This document shows positions 17,301 through 25,970 of a stretch of 32,000 bases of DNA, piece by piece (the first letter of the stretch is position 1; each line of letters starts with the position of its first letter). The translations under genes were made by a program, and so were the position numbers. The stretch is from Synechocystis sp. PCC 6803 substr. PCC-P (GTDB taxonomy: Bacteria > Cyanobacteriota > Cyanobacteriia > Cyanobacteriales > Microcystaceae): the NCBI RefSeq assembly GCF_000284455.1, contig NC_017039.1, positions 1,110,001 to 1,142,000 of the forward strand. Direction: 5' to 3'. The notes beneath the pieces were generated by a model. That model made no database searches, was not told the origin of the DNA, and saw only the letters and a list, made by a program, of their open reading frames with translations.

Positions 17301-20262
17301 TACCCTCCAGGGCCAAAGCTTGGGGACGAAATTCCGGTGCTAAGGGTAGTTGAGTTAACAGGGCATTAACGGGCAGTTGGGCAAAACTCAGGCCATTGCG
17401 GACATTGAGATTGACATTGGTTAATGCGGGTCGTTGATTAAAACTGCCCACACTTATCTTGCCCTGGGCAGAAACGGTTTGCTCCCCACTGCGGAACAAC
17501 GCCTGTTGTACTGTGACGGGAATGGCCTCCAAGTTTCCATCATTGGTAAATACATTGCCCAAGTTGCCCGCCAGCTTAACTTCTCCCTCCACTGGGGCAA
17601 GGGATACTCCATCGGTGCCGCCGTACTGAGCCAGAACGGGATTGAGGTTAATATCCTTGGCGGTGAGCCGACTTTGCCAGGCTAAATTTTTCAGAGCACT
17701 GACACTGGTTACAGTACCTCCGGCAACTTCCAAATCTACATTGGCGATCGCCGCTACTCGACTCAGATCCGGTTGAGCTTGCACCAAATCTGCTAAGTTT
17801 ACCCCCAGAGAAATTCGGCCCTTTTCCACCTGGGCCGGGAAGGGAATTTCTGGAGCTAGGGCATTGAGGGGAATGGCCACCACATTGGCGATCGCCGCCA
17901 GGTTGCCATTGAGCAAAGAACCGTTCACCGCTACGGGGCCATTGGCCACGGTTAGGTTCAATTGTCCTTGGCCTTGGAGACGGTTGAGGTCAAAACTGCG
18001 TAAAGCTTGCCAGGTGTTAATGTCCCCTACAAAAGCTTGGGCTTGGATTTCTCCGTTGTTCAACCTAGCCGCCACTGGTAACTGGAGCAAAAAGGTATTG
18101 AGAGAAATGGCTCCGAGATTGGCATTGGTTTGCACGGTGCCCTCCGCCAGTTGGGCATTGGCCGTAACTCGGCGATCGTCCACTAGGGCGGTGAACTGGG
18201 TACGACCTTCTATCTGTCCCAGGGGTAATTGCCCAGCGAGTAAGGGGGCTAACGGTAATTGGCTTTGGGCGGTGAGTTGGCTTAGGGCCACCGGAGCGGC
18301 TAAAGCAGGCAAGTAGTTATTAACGGCTATATTATTGGCTGCCACCTCAGCCTGGATTTGACCCCCTTGGAGACTGGCATTGATGGTGGCGGTTTGTTGG
18401 TTACTGGTTAATTGCAGTTCGGCATTGCCCTGCCAACGGTTGGGATCAAAAGTAAAAATTTCCCCACTCACATTGCCTTCGCCCCGATTGAGGGTGAGGG
18501 GTTGGGCCGCCAGTTGGGGTAAACAAAAATTACTTTTTTCCAAGCCACAAAGGGTTTGCAAAAAAGGTTGCAGGGGGAACTGGGTCGTATTCCAGCGGGC
18601 TTGCCAACGATCCTGGGCAAAATTGGCTTGGCCCTGCACGTTGAAAGAGCCTTCGTTGGTGCTTATCTGCGCTCCAGTTAAGGTCAATCGAGGGCCCGCC
18701 AAATTAGCTTCTCCCCTGGTGCTTAAGTTAAGACGACCCTGGCGATCGCCGTTGGTGGTTTGCCATTGCACATTGAACCGGGGATTGCCCAACGTGCCCC
18801 CCGCTTGGCCCGAAAAACCCAGGTTACCAACTTCTACCTCTTGCAAATTCAGGTCATAGGTATTTAACAAAGCCATGGTGGCGATCACCCCGGAGACTTG
18901 CCCGGCCACGGGAATGGTTTGCCATCGCCATTGGTCTGCTTCTGGGGTTAACAATTGGCGCAGTTTCCAAGGGGACTGGACCCGGGCCTGAATTTCTCCT
19001 CCACTGGTGGGGCGTAAACTGACATTGACTAAAGCAATTTGGTCTAAATCCGCCTGGAAATTTACCCCTAGGCGATCCAAAGGAACCCGGTCCACAGTTA
19101 CTGCAGCTACATTGGTTAACTGGCCCTGGAGTTGGGGGCTGGTGAGGGTTCCTTGCAATTGTCCCTGGGCTTGGACTTGTCCTGTGATGGGTAATGGTAG
19201 GGGCACCGCAATGGTGTCGAGGAAAGCGGCAGTGTCAATGGCCTTGGTGGTGAATTGGAGATCGTAGCCCGATCGCCAATCAATGGTGCCCTGGAGAGCA
19301 GCATTAAGGGGGCCAAGGTTGATCAGGCCCTGGTTAATCTGCAACTTTTGTCCGGTAAAACCTAGGTCTAAACCCACTTGCAAAGGAGCTTTAACCTTAT
19401 CGATGCGGGCCTGCAGTTGCTTCAACTCGACATTGCCGAGAGTTTGTAAAGCGGACCACTGTTGCCAACTAGGTAAACTGCCCCGCACCTGGCCAGAAAT
19501 TTCTCCGGTTTCCAAGGCCACTGGTAAAGGAGGTAATAGGCTGGCTAAAGCCGGTAAATCGAGGCGATTAATGGTGACATTGGTTTGACTTTCCCCCGTG
19601 TTGAGCACCGTTTGCCCCTGGGCCTGGAGATCACTGCCCAGGGATTGCACCCCCAAGTCGTAGCTAACAGTTTGGCGATCGCCTTGGCGTCGATATTGAT
19701 AACCTCCTTGACCGGCTGCAGTGATTTGTACTGGCTGTTGCAAACCTTGGGGTAACAGTTGCAATTGGGCATTTTGTACATTAACTCCCACCGTTAAATC
19801 CAGAGGCAGGGAAAAGGGTTTGTCCCCCTCCGGTAACTTAATGGTGGTCCATTGCCCCGTGGGTTTTTGCTCCAGGTTCACCTGGGGATTAATGATGGTG
19901 GCCCTAACTTCCACCGGTTGTCCCACCAGGAAAGGGAGGGGATTGACATCTATCTCAATGGCTTCAATGGCGATCGCCGTGGCATCATCAACGGTCCGGG
20001 GCAGGGAAGAAGCCCCAAGGCGCACCCCCAGTAAACGAAAATCTTCCACCGGGCCAATGTCCACCGGCCGACCCAACAATCTGGATAATTCCGACTCCAA
20101 AAACGGTGATGCTTCCCGGTAGGCCAGGTGTTGTCCCCCCAGATATAGGCCCGTACCAACCACCGTCAGTCCCCCTAGGGTGATCAAGGTGCTGGGTCTA
20201 GTTAGCCAACGTCTCAATTTGGCGATCGCCCCCGCACTGTGAGGGGAAGGATTATTGCTCAT
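14326..20262 (-). CDS. Giant TamB/AsmA-like translocation/assembly (lipid-transport-like) protein, 1978 aa
   Basis: N-terminal TM (TLITLGGLTVVGTGLYLGG), very long beta-rich repeats, and a TamB-type C-terminus (GTISLDRGRVSFLDTRFLLDRRAPNTITFSPNEELINPSLNIAMRTIVSD...GLVYDVETAISDKIKSTDFRVVPFLEAIYEVEDKGYMRFTYDYNFSQFIIRYEKQF). Confidence 0.9.
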   Translation of the reverse strand: MSNNPSPHSAGAIAKLRRWLTRPSTLITLGGLTVVGTGLYLGGQHLAYREASPFLESELSRLLGRPVDIGPVEDFRLLGVRLGASSLPRTVDDATAIAIEAIEIDVNPLPFLVGQPVEVRATIINPQVNLEQKPTGQWTTIKLPEGDKPFSLPLDLTVGVNVQNAQLQLLPQGLQQPVQITAAGQGGYQYRRQGDRQTVSYDLGVQSLGSDLQAQGQTVLNTGESQTNVTINRLDLPALASLLPPLPVALETGEISGQVRGSLPSWQQWSALQTLGNVELKQLQARIDKVKAPLQVGLDLGFTGQKLQINQGLINLGPLNAALQGTIDWRSGYDLQFTTKAIDTAAFLDTIAVPLPLPITGQVQAQGQLQGTLTSPQLQGQLTNVAAVTVDRVPLDRLGVNFQADLDQIALVNVSLRPTSGGEIQARVQSPWKLRQLLTPEADQWRWQTIPVAGQVSGVIATMALLNTYDLNLQEVEVGNLGFSGQAGGTLGNPRFNVQWQTTNGDRQGRLNLSTRGEANLAGPRLTLTGAQISTNEGSFNVQGQANFAQDRWQARWNTTQFPLQPFLQTLCGLEKSNFCLPQLAAQPLTLNRGEGNVSGEIFTFDPNRWQGNAELQLTSNQQTATINASLQGGQIQAEVAANNIAVNNYLPALAAPVALSQLTAQSQLPLAPLLAGQLPLGQIEGRTQFTALVDDRRVTANAQLAEGTVQTNANLGAISLNTFLLQLPVAARLNNGEIQAQAFVGDINTWQALRSFDLNRLQGQGQLNLTVANGPVAVNGSLLNGNLAAIANVVAIPLNALAPEIPFPAQVEKGRISLGVNLADLVQAQPDLSRVAAIANVDLEVAGGTVTSVSALKNLAWQSRLTAKDINLNPVLAQYGGTDGVSLAPVEGEVKLAGNLGNVFTNDGNLEAIPVTVQQALFRSGEQTVSAQGKISVGSFNQRPALTNVNLNVRNGLSFAQLPVNALLTQLPLAPEFRPQALALEGSSQFTGQLTGRNVTGLGDLKLAGNLAVNNLAVNGFGFEPQLRGPLAVQLNQNVLLDLQGQVDRLAVNLQPCRGNCLFPYLPTSFNLRQAYEREKPILAQGKLNGDRLAMEVADFPVALLDLRPGLRYQIVEQLGGNFNADLVVNLRNGHGQGNLAIDGVTLGTTAIGEVTAALAYQNQTLQLKQGQLKTALGQYQAQGSLNFRTEAIEARVNVKDGDIAPLLAAANISDVGSLLRLTGLESTPKELADTIGPLSLGNPDGALENQLNLLYVIDQRIIALAQQYERGGVPTQLNVQGNFDAALNLNGTLRDPALALKVQGKNWSWYPQGPFPNIVPPIGLVMNETRFLPIEQFQLEAKFADGRLALLPSFVQIEESRLGAEGIFSLEKSQLQWSIKDFNLNNLDSFVEMPSAFGARLNAQGSFARTAAGPNLSGQFEFDQITLNARPVPEEVGGRFDYQNNLLQLVTSEASPLYLRADVPIYWNPQEAKTAEGPNTFSAEFKIPPNSLELLDVVSQEQLVWLGGEGSADLKVEGEIDQRNGIGISDLRALGKVSLNGAQIRSAALPTPVQVDGEILFNNTTIAIEQLTGQLDQSRIEVAGILPLFEPQPDLENPLQVSIKPTNITIPNLYQGNLAGFVTVQGSALAPSLTGDVALANGRFFVPDRSLENQPSRIAELRTRLGWFKGTRRSPMVEPQLNNLRITLDNLHIEQEPLYVFNFGGGLTVNGPLTNFDDLRADGTISLDRGRVSFLDTRFLLDRRAPNTITFSPNEELINPSLNIAMRTIVSDLPQSARMRSQETNEYPDDSLNQIERIDVRLTIDGSLSQILPNINPRYSAVCDPTVTFRPLTGVGSFDEFQLDRLSRCLQILAAQGVQNEQIFSNPALSLTSSPPRTEGEIVRLLGEQVIVLVDALQGKNSSQLLQVGITQLAIPMIFQGLVYDVETAISDKIKSTDFRVVPFLEAIYEVEDKGYMRFTYDYNFSQFIIRYEKQF

Positions 20263-20567
20263 GGATACTTGGCAAAATCAACTCAGTTCACGACTCACTG
20301 ACCATGGGGTCTAAAGGGACTAGACCACCGCCGGGGACGGTTAGTTTCTGTTTTAGCGAAGAAAGTGGCCTAGGGGGAAATTAGAACAAATTATTCAAGC
20401 CAATCAGGACTGACGATTTTGGAGGAGGAACAGCAGGCGTCTTAGACAAGTTTTTGCTCCATTTCTCCGTAATTAGCAGACTAGAACCAACTAAACTGAC
20501 TCCGATATTTTAGGACACAAGCCCGGGTTAAAGTTGAACATCCACCACAGCAAGCCGGCAAAAAACG

Positions 20568-21944
20568 TCACAATTGCTCATGGAAATAACGTTGGTACAA
20601 AGGACAACTGGCACTACATTGATCACCACTAAGGGTCACCAGACCCATACTTTCCAAACGATAGGCAATGGGGGGGTCTAATTGCACTGGATTTTCACTG
20701 TTCACCACCTGCTTCATGCTAGCGGCTAAGTCCGGTGCCCCGGTCAGTAAGCCCCACAGACGACGGAGATGATTGCTATAAATGCCACTCTGGGTGACGG
20801 CGTTGGCTAAAATGGTTGGTAGGTCCACATTGGTTTTTTGTACCGCATCCAAGGCCAAACGAATCAGATACGGATGGCCCCCCACCAGTTTACCGAGGGT
20901 TAATAAATTTTCCTCTTCAATTTGATTGTCATCAAAACCATAGGCGGCTTTAAGTTGCAGAATTTGTTCTTTGGTAAAACCGGTCAATTTCCATTGGCGA
21001 CCCACATTAAAAGGGGATTGGTTGGCATCTAGTTTGACGTAAGCTTCGGTGGAATTAGCAATAATTAAACGTAGCTTTTGCCATTGAGCCAGGTTATTAC
21101 TTTCTTCATGCCAATAGCGCAACATGGGCAGGAAGTCTTGGGCAATAACGGGAAACTCAAACAAGCGGTCTAGGTTATCAATGGCCATTACTAACGCCCG
21201 GTCAGTTTGACTAAGTAAATAATCCTGTACGTAGGTTTTACAACTAACTAAACTGCCAAATAATTCTTCATCCCAATAGTCATCTAAATTGGGTTTGATG
21301 CCCAATTCTCGACTTAAGTTGGCACAGAACCAACGCAAAAATTTATCTAGGCTACTAAACATGGCGCTTTCCGCCGTTTGTAGGTTGAGATAAATATGGC
21401 GATCGCCCGTTGCTTCCACTTCCGCCAGCAAAAATTGTAGAAGGGAAGTTTTACCCATTTTTTCCGGGGCTTTAATGCGCAAGAGGGCTCCCCCCCTGGT
21501 CAGTTCCTCCAGACATTGTTGTTCTGTGGGTAGCCGTAGAACATAGATAACGTTATCCCCCAGGGGACTGCCACGACCAACCGTCAGTGCGGGGGTAAGG
21601 CCATTAACGCCGACGGCAAACTGCTCACTCTGCCATTGGGGATATTTCACCTCCTTAAACCAGTCCCGCAACAATTGAAATTTACCCGGACCACGACTAC
21701 TGGCATCTAATTCTGGACAACCCCCTGGTTTATCATTGGCAAAAACTCCATAAATTTGGGTCATTTGCTTTTTGTAGGTTTCATGGCTGGCGGCTTCGGC
21801 AATTTCCCACACTTCCAGGTCGGACTTACGCCAATGCTCATAGGCAAAGCGGGCCAAAAACACCTCTTTTAGCTTGCCTCGCAGATTGTAGTCGTGGGTA
21901 ATGTCCAGTAAAAATTGGTTCCAACCAGTTGGTTTCATCGACAA
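20568..21944 (-). CDS. AAA-like (AAA_35-type) ATPase with HTH-like N-terminal region
   Basis: Walker A IKAPEKMGKTSLLQFLL, LNLQTAESAMFSSLDKFLRWFCANLSRELG, Walker B LVMAIDNLDRLFEFP, IIANSTEAYVKLDANQSPFNVG, and N-terminal GCPELDASSRGPGKFQLLRDWFKE. Confidence 0.85.
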   Translation of the reverse strand: MSMKPTGWNQFLLDITHDYNLRGKLKEVFLARFAYEHWRKSDLEVWEIAEAASHETYKKQMTQIYGVFANDKPGGCPELDASSRGPGKFQLLRDWFKEVKYPQWQSEQFAVGVNGLTPALTVGRGSPLGDNVIYVLRLPTEQQCLEELTRGGALLRIKAPEKMGKTSLLQFLLAEVEATGDRHIYLNLQTAESAMFSSLDKFLRWFCANLSRELGIKPNLDDYWDEELFGSLVSCKTYVQDYLLSQTDRALVMAIDNLDRLFEFPVIAQDFLPMLRYWHEESNNLAQWQKLRLIIANSTEAYVKLDANQSPFNVGRQWKLTGFTKEQILQLKAAYGFDDNQIEEENLLTLGKLVGGHPYLIRLALDAVQKTNVDLPTILANAVTQSGIYSNHLRRLWGLLTGAPDLAASMKQVVNSENPVQLDPPIAYRLESMGLVTLSGDQCSASCPLYQRYFHEQL

Positions 21945-22064
21945 ATATGGTCTCGGTAATTAGAGGCTAAGCTTTAGCTCAACCTGTTTAATGGTAGCGC
22001 TGAAAACTGCTATGATACCACTGACTAATTAACAATATTTTAGTACAAAAGAGGAGTTAAGCCC

Positions 22065-22502
22065 ATGGTTAAAAGTGCAAGGCAAGGGGCAGGCGGATTC
22101 TGGCGGGACTTTAAGGATTTCATCCTGCGGGGGAACGTAGTAGATCTGGCCGTAGCGGTAGTAATTGGTGGAGCTTTCACCAGTATTGTCAATGCTTTTG
22201 TGGCCTGGTTAATGGCAGTTTTGCTACAGCCAGTACTGGATCAAGCCGGTGTCAGTCAATTGCAGGATTTACCCTTGGGTTTGGGGGAATTAGTTATTGC
22301 TATAATTAACTTTTTAATCATTGCTTTTGTAATCTTCCTCATCATTAAAGCTATCGAAAAAATGCAACGAAAAAAAGCAGTGGAGGAAGAAATTGTGGCC
22401 GAAGCACAACCGGATCCGGTGCTGGAAGCCCAAACTAATTTAACTGATTCCATCAATCGCTTAATTACCACACTGGAAAATCAGCAATCTTCATCCCAAT
22501 AG
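22065..22502 (+). CDS. mscL: Large-conductance mechanosensitive channel
   Basis: GFWRDFKDFILRGNVVDLAVAVVIGGAFTSIVNAFVAWLM, canonical MscL N-terminus and TM1. Confidence 0.96.
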   Translation: MVKSARQGAGGFWRDFKDFILRGNVVDLAVAVVIGGAFTSIVNAFVAWLMAVLLQPVLDQAGVSQLQDLPLGLGELVIAIINFLIIAFVIFLIIKAIEKMQRKKAVEEEIVAEAQPDPVLEAQTNLTDSINRLITTLENQQSSSQ

Positions 22503-22518
22503 ATAGTTAAAGATCATT

Positions 22519-23154
22519 TCAGTGATCACTTAACCAACCGATCGCCTGGCGGATCCACACTTCTGGATCTTCACTCTGGGCCACGTCTGGAACTTGACTG
22601 ACCATGGCGATCGCCTGCTGGATTTCCGTTTGGGTGTAACCCAATGCTAACAAGGTCATTTCCAGGTCTTCCAGGAGGGCAGTGGTGGGCAGAGTAGAGT
22701 CAGTTTCCCCGGTCCCCATTTGTAGTTTGTGCCATTGGGATAATTTAGTTTTTAGTTCTAGGGCTAACCTTTCCGCTCCCTTTTTCCCGACCCCCGGCGT
22801 TTGGCACAATTGTTTGACATTGCCCGTTACCACCGCTTGCACTAAGCCTTCCAAGCCCAACGTTTCAATTAGGGCGATCGCCAACTGGGCCCCAATGCCG
22901 GTTACTCCCATTAATTGACCAAATAAATCCCTTTCTGCCAGGCGGCCAAAACCAAAAAGAGCGATCTGGTCTTGGCGTACCAAGAGGTGGGTAAAAACCT
23001 GTTGGGGTTCCGGGGGGGGCGGAGTCCATTGTTGGGCTAAGGAATGGGGCACCTGCAACTCATAACCCACCCCATTAACGGACAAAATCAAAAACCAACG
23101 GTTCTGAATATTTTTTGTGACTGTAACAACCTGGCCCTGAAGAAATTGAATCAT
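22519..23154 (-). CDS. ruvA: Holliday junction branch-migration protein RuvA
   Basis: MIQFLQGQVV...LIRQDQIALFGFGRLAERDLFGQLMGVTGIGAQLAIALIETLG...LCQTPGVGKKGAERLALELKTKL: OB fold plus helix-hairpin-helix motifs. Confidence 0.95.
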   Translation of the reverse strand: MIQFLQGQVVTVTKNIQNRWFLILSVNGVGYELQVPHSLAQQWTPPPPEPQQVFTHLLVRQDQIALFGFGRLAERDLFGQLMGVTGIGAQLAIALIETLGLEGLVQAVVTGNVKQLCQTPGVGKKGAERLALELKTKLSQWHKLQMGTGETDSTLPTTALLEDLEMTLLALGYTQTEIQQAIAMVSQVPDVAQSEDPEVWIRQAIGWLSDH

Positions 23155-23168
23155 AACTATTTTCGTAT

Positions 23169-23945
23169 CTAAATCAACTGGGCCGTAGCTTCAATGCCAA
23201 TGGCGATCGCCGCACCAAGAAACGTGTTGATACCATTAACCACCTCATTGGTGAGCCAGGGCCATTTATTTTGCAGAGTTGCACCAATTACACTCTCTAG
23301 ATTGGTGGCAATGAAAGCAGCCAGGGTAGAAAAAATTATTCCCCCAAAGGAAATTAGACCTACGCCGTAACCTAAAACTGCCAGGGCTAAACCCGCCGCA
23401 AATCCCGCCAAGGTGCCTTCTACACTTACCGCTCCTTCCGTCCCCCTGGGCACTGGTTGCAGGGTGGTGATTAAAAAGGTGTTTTTGCCGTAGGCTTTAC
23501 CCACTTCGCTGGCGGTAGTATCCGATAACTTAGTACTAAAACTAGCCACATAGCCCAATGCTAACCAGAGTTGCCATGGTTCCGGCCCAAAGGCGATCGC
23601 CAGGGCACAGAGGGCAGCAGTTAAAGCAGAACCCCAAACATTTTCCGGGCCCCGTTGGCCGGATCTTTTTTCGGCAATGCCCGCCGCTTCTTTTTCTTTT
23701 TGGCCAATGCGGGTCACAGCGGAACCCACAAAAAAGTAGGCTAAAACCACCAAATAACCCCGCCAACCCAGGGCCGCCCAAATAATCACCCCCAGCACCC
23801 AGGCATGGCCGTAGCCCCAGGGGGTTAACAGTTTCTTCGGGGCGATCGCCGCTAGGGCTAGTAAAAAACTGTTGAGAATAACAGCGCTAAGCCAGGGAAA
23901 CGCCAGACTTTGCCGCCAAATTTCGCTGAGCAGGGAATTGTCCAT
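23169..23945 (-). CDS. DUF92 family membrane protein (phytyl-phosphate kinase VTE6-like)
   Basis: Multi-TM protein with GKKNAFLITT-like segment VGKAYGKNTFLITTLQPVPRGTEGAVSVEGTLAGFAAGLALAVLGYGVGLI and FSTKLSDTTASEVGKAYGK, typical of DUF92. Confidence 0.85.
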   Translation of the reverse strand: MDNSLLSEIWRQSLAFPWLSAVILNSFLLALAAIAPKKLLTPWGYGHAWVLGVIIWAALGWRGYLVVLAYFFVGSAVTRIGQKEKEAAGIAEKRSGQRGPENVWGSALTAALCALAIAFGPEPWQLWLALGYVASFSTKLSDTTASEVGKAYGKNTFLITTLQPVPRGTEGAVSVEGTLAGFAAGLALAVLGYGVGLISFGGIIFSTLAAFIATNLESVIGATLQNKWPWLTNEVVNGINTFLGAAIAIGIEATAQLI

Positions 23946-24133
23946 GGGAAAAATGCCAGAAGCATCGATGGTTGGTGGATCATTTGTTGATCATAGGATC
24001 GAGCTATGCCAACGACGATCGCCAGGAAAAGGGATTAAATTTTTCCGGGAGTCGGGCCCTAAGGCAGAATAAAGATTGAACTGTGCCAAAACAGTCTGAA
24101 GCAAAAGAGATTATCAGATTTTAGTCAAACACC

Positions 24134-25363
24134 ATGAGTGCATTGAACCATCAAATCATTGTTGTTGGGGGAGGAGCAGCCGGCATCACCGTGGCGGCCC
24201 AATTATTAAAGCAGAAACCCAAACTCGATCTGGCGATCGTGGAACCCTGCGATAAACACTATTACCAGCCCGCCTGGACCCTAGTGGGGGGCGGAGCCTT
24301 CGCCATGGAAGATACCATCAAACCGGAGCAGGATTGCATTCCCAGCGGTGCCAAATGGATCAAAGCCAGTGTGGCCAGTTTTGACCCGGAAAATAACTGC
24401 CTTACCCTCCAGGACGGCCGTAGTCTCAGCTACGAATATCTGGTGGTTTGTCCCGGCATTCAAATCAATTGGCATCTAATTCCGAGGCTCCAGGAATCCC
24501 TCGGTAAAAATGGCGTCACCAGCAACTACGATCGCCGTTATGCCCCCTACACCTGGGAACTGTTGCAAAACTTTAAAGGCGGCAATGCCCTGTTCACTTT
24601 TCCGGCCACCCCGATTAAATGTGCCGGAGCGCCGCAAAAAATCATGTATTTAGCCGACGAAACCTTCCGCAAAAATGGCGTGCGGGAGAAAACCAACATC
24701 ACCTATGGCGTGGCAGTGGGAAAAATCTTCGGCATTCCCGGCTACTGTGAATCTTTGGAAAAGGTGGCGGCAAAGAAAAATATTGACGTACGCTATCACC
24801 ACAATCTCAAAGCCATTAACCCCAACGCGAAAGAAGCCACTTTCACTGTCAATGGGAAAACGGAAGTGACTTTACCCTACGACATCATCCATGTGACCCC
24901 CCCCATGTCCGCCCCGGATTTCATTAAAAACAGTCCCCTGGCCGCAGAGGCCGGTGGTTGGGTCGATGTGGACAAATTCACCCTGCAACATAATCGCTAC
25001 GACAACGTATTTAGCTTGGGAGATGCCTCTTCCCTGCCCACTTCCCGGACAGCAGCGGCGGTGCGGAAACAAGCTCCTGTGGTCGCAACAAACCTTTTGG
25101 GTCTGTTAAACAGCAAAAAACCGTCTGCAGAATACGGTGGTTACACCTGTTGTCCCCTGGTTACCGGCTACGGCAAAACCATCATGGCGGAATTTGACTA
25201 TGGTGGCCAGCCCAAATCCAGTTTTCCCTTTGACCCCACCCAGGAGCGGTGGAGCATGTGGCTAGTGAAACGTTATGTTTTGCCCTGGCTGTACTGGAAT
25301 CGGATGCTCAAGGGAGAGTCCTTTGAACCGGACAAATGGAAGCCCCTGTTGGGGAAATCCTAG
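24134..25363 (+). CDS. sqr: Sulfide:quinone oxidoreductase, type II-like
   Basis: FAD motif VVGGGAAGITVAAQL; HYYQPAWTLVGGGAF; Cys-bearing VVCPGIQINW; PIKCAGAPQKIMYLADE; YTCCPLVTGYGKTIMAEFDY; VFSLGDASSLPTSRTAAAVRKQAPVV. Confidence 0.92.
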   Translation: MSALNHQIIVVGGGAAGITVAAQLLKQKPKLDLAIVEPCDKHYYQPAWTLVGGGAFAMEDTIKPEQDCIPSGAKWIKASVASFDPENNCLTLQDGRSLSYEYLVVCPGIQINWHLIPRLQESLGKNGVTSNYDRRYAPYTWELLQNFKGGNALFTFPATPIKCAGAPQKIMYLADETFRKNGVREKTNITYGVAVGKIFGIPGYCESLEKVAAKKNIDVRYHHNLKAINPNAKEATFTVNGKTEVTLPYDIIHVTPPMSAPDFIKNSPLAAEAGGWVDVDKFTLQHNRYDNVFSLGDASSLPTSRTAAAVRKQAPVVATNLLGLLNSKKPSAEYGGYTCCPLVTGYGKTIMAEFDYGGQPKSSFPFDPTQERWSMWLVKRYVLPWLYWNRMLKGESFEPDKWKPLLGKS

Positions 25364-25591
25364 GGTCAGTTGACCGGGCGCTGGGGAGGGTTTTGGCTAA
25401 AATTTTCCCTTGTGAAGACATCTAGACAAATTGGCCATCAAATTCTGGCGGCAGGTGCTATGATCAGCCAGTGAGATTAAGGATCGGTAGACGCACTTGT
25501 TATGAGTGTTAGTGCATTGTTTATGGTTACGCTTAGCAGGCTTCTCTCCGAAACCCACTCTCTTTCTTTTCTCTGGTTTTGGAGCTAATTT

Positions 25592-25843
25592 ATGTCCATT
25601 TATGTCGGGAACCTTTCTTACCAAGCCACCGAAGATGACGTTTTGACTGTCTTCTCCGAGTATGGCACTGTTAAGCGGGTTCAACTTCCCACTGATCGGG
25701 AGACCGGTCGTATGCGGGGTTTTGGTTTCGTTGAAATGTCTTCCGATAAGGAAGAAGATGCCGCCATTGAAGCTCTGGATGGAGCCGAATGGATGGGGCG
25801 GGATCTCAAAGTTAATAAAGCAAGACCGAGAACCCCTCGTTAA
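25592..25843 (+). CDS. rbp: Single-RRM RNA-binding protein (cyanobacterial Rbp type)
   Basis: RNP2 IYVGNLSY and RNP1 RGFGFVEM; short RRM-only protein. Confidence 0.93.
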   Translation: MSIYVGNLSYQATEDDVLTVFSEYGTVKRVQLPTDRETGRMRGFGFVEMSSDKEEDAAIEALDGAEWMGRDLKVNKARPRTPR

Positions 25844-25970
25844 GTTTTTGCCTAATTACCTGAATTTAAGATTTCATTCGTTGTAGAAGGGAAGGTGTTT
25901 GAGTCATCTTTCCTTTTTTGCTAGGCAGGCTTGCTGATAGACTGGGGGAGGTAAATCTGGCTCTTTCCCT

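Noticed and set aside
14813-20122. Many plus-strand ORFs opposite the tamB-like gene (up to 159 aa)
   Set aside because: Shadow ORFs antisense to a convincing 1978-aa gene. Their Pro/Arg/Ser-rich or repetitive composition is typical of antisense frames.
25397-25684. Minus-strand 95-aa ORF overlapping the RRM gene start
   Set aside because: Overlaps the 5' region of a clear RRM gene on the other strand, and the peptide has no recognisable features.
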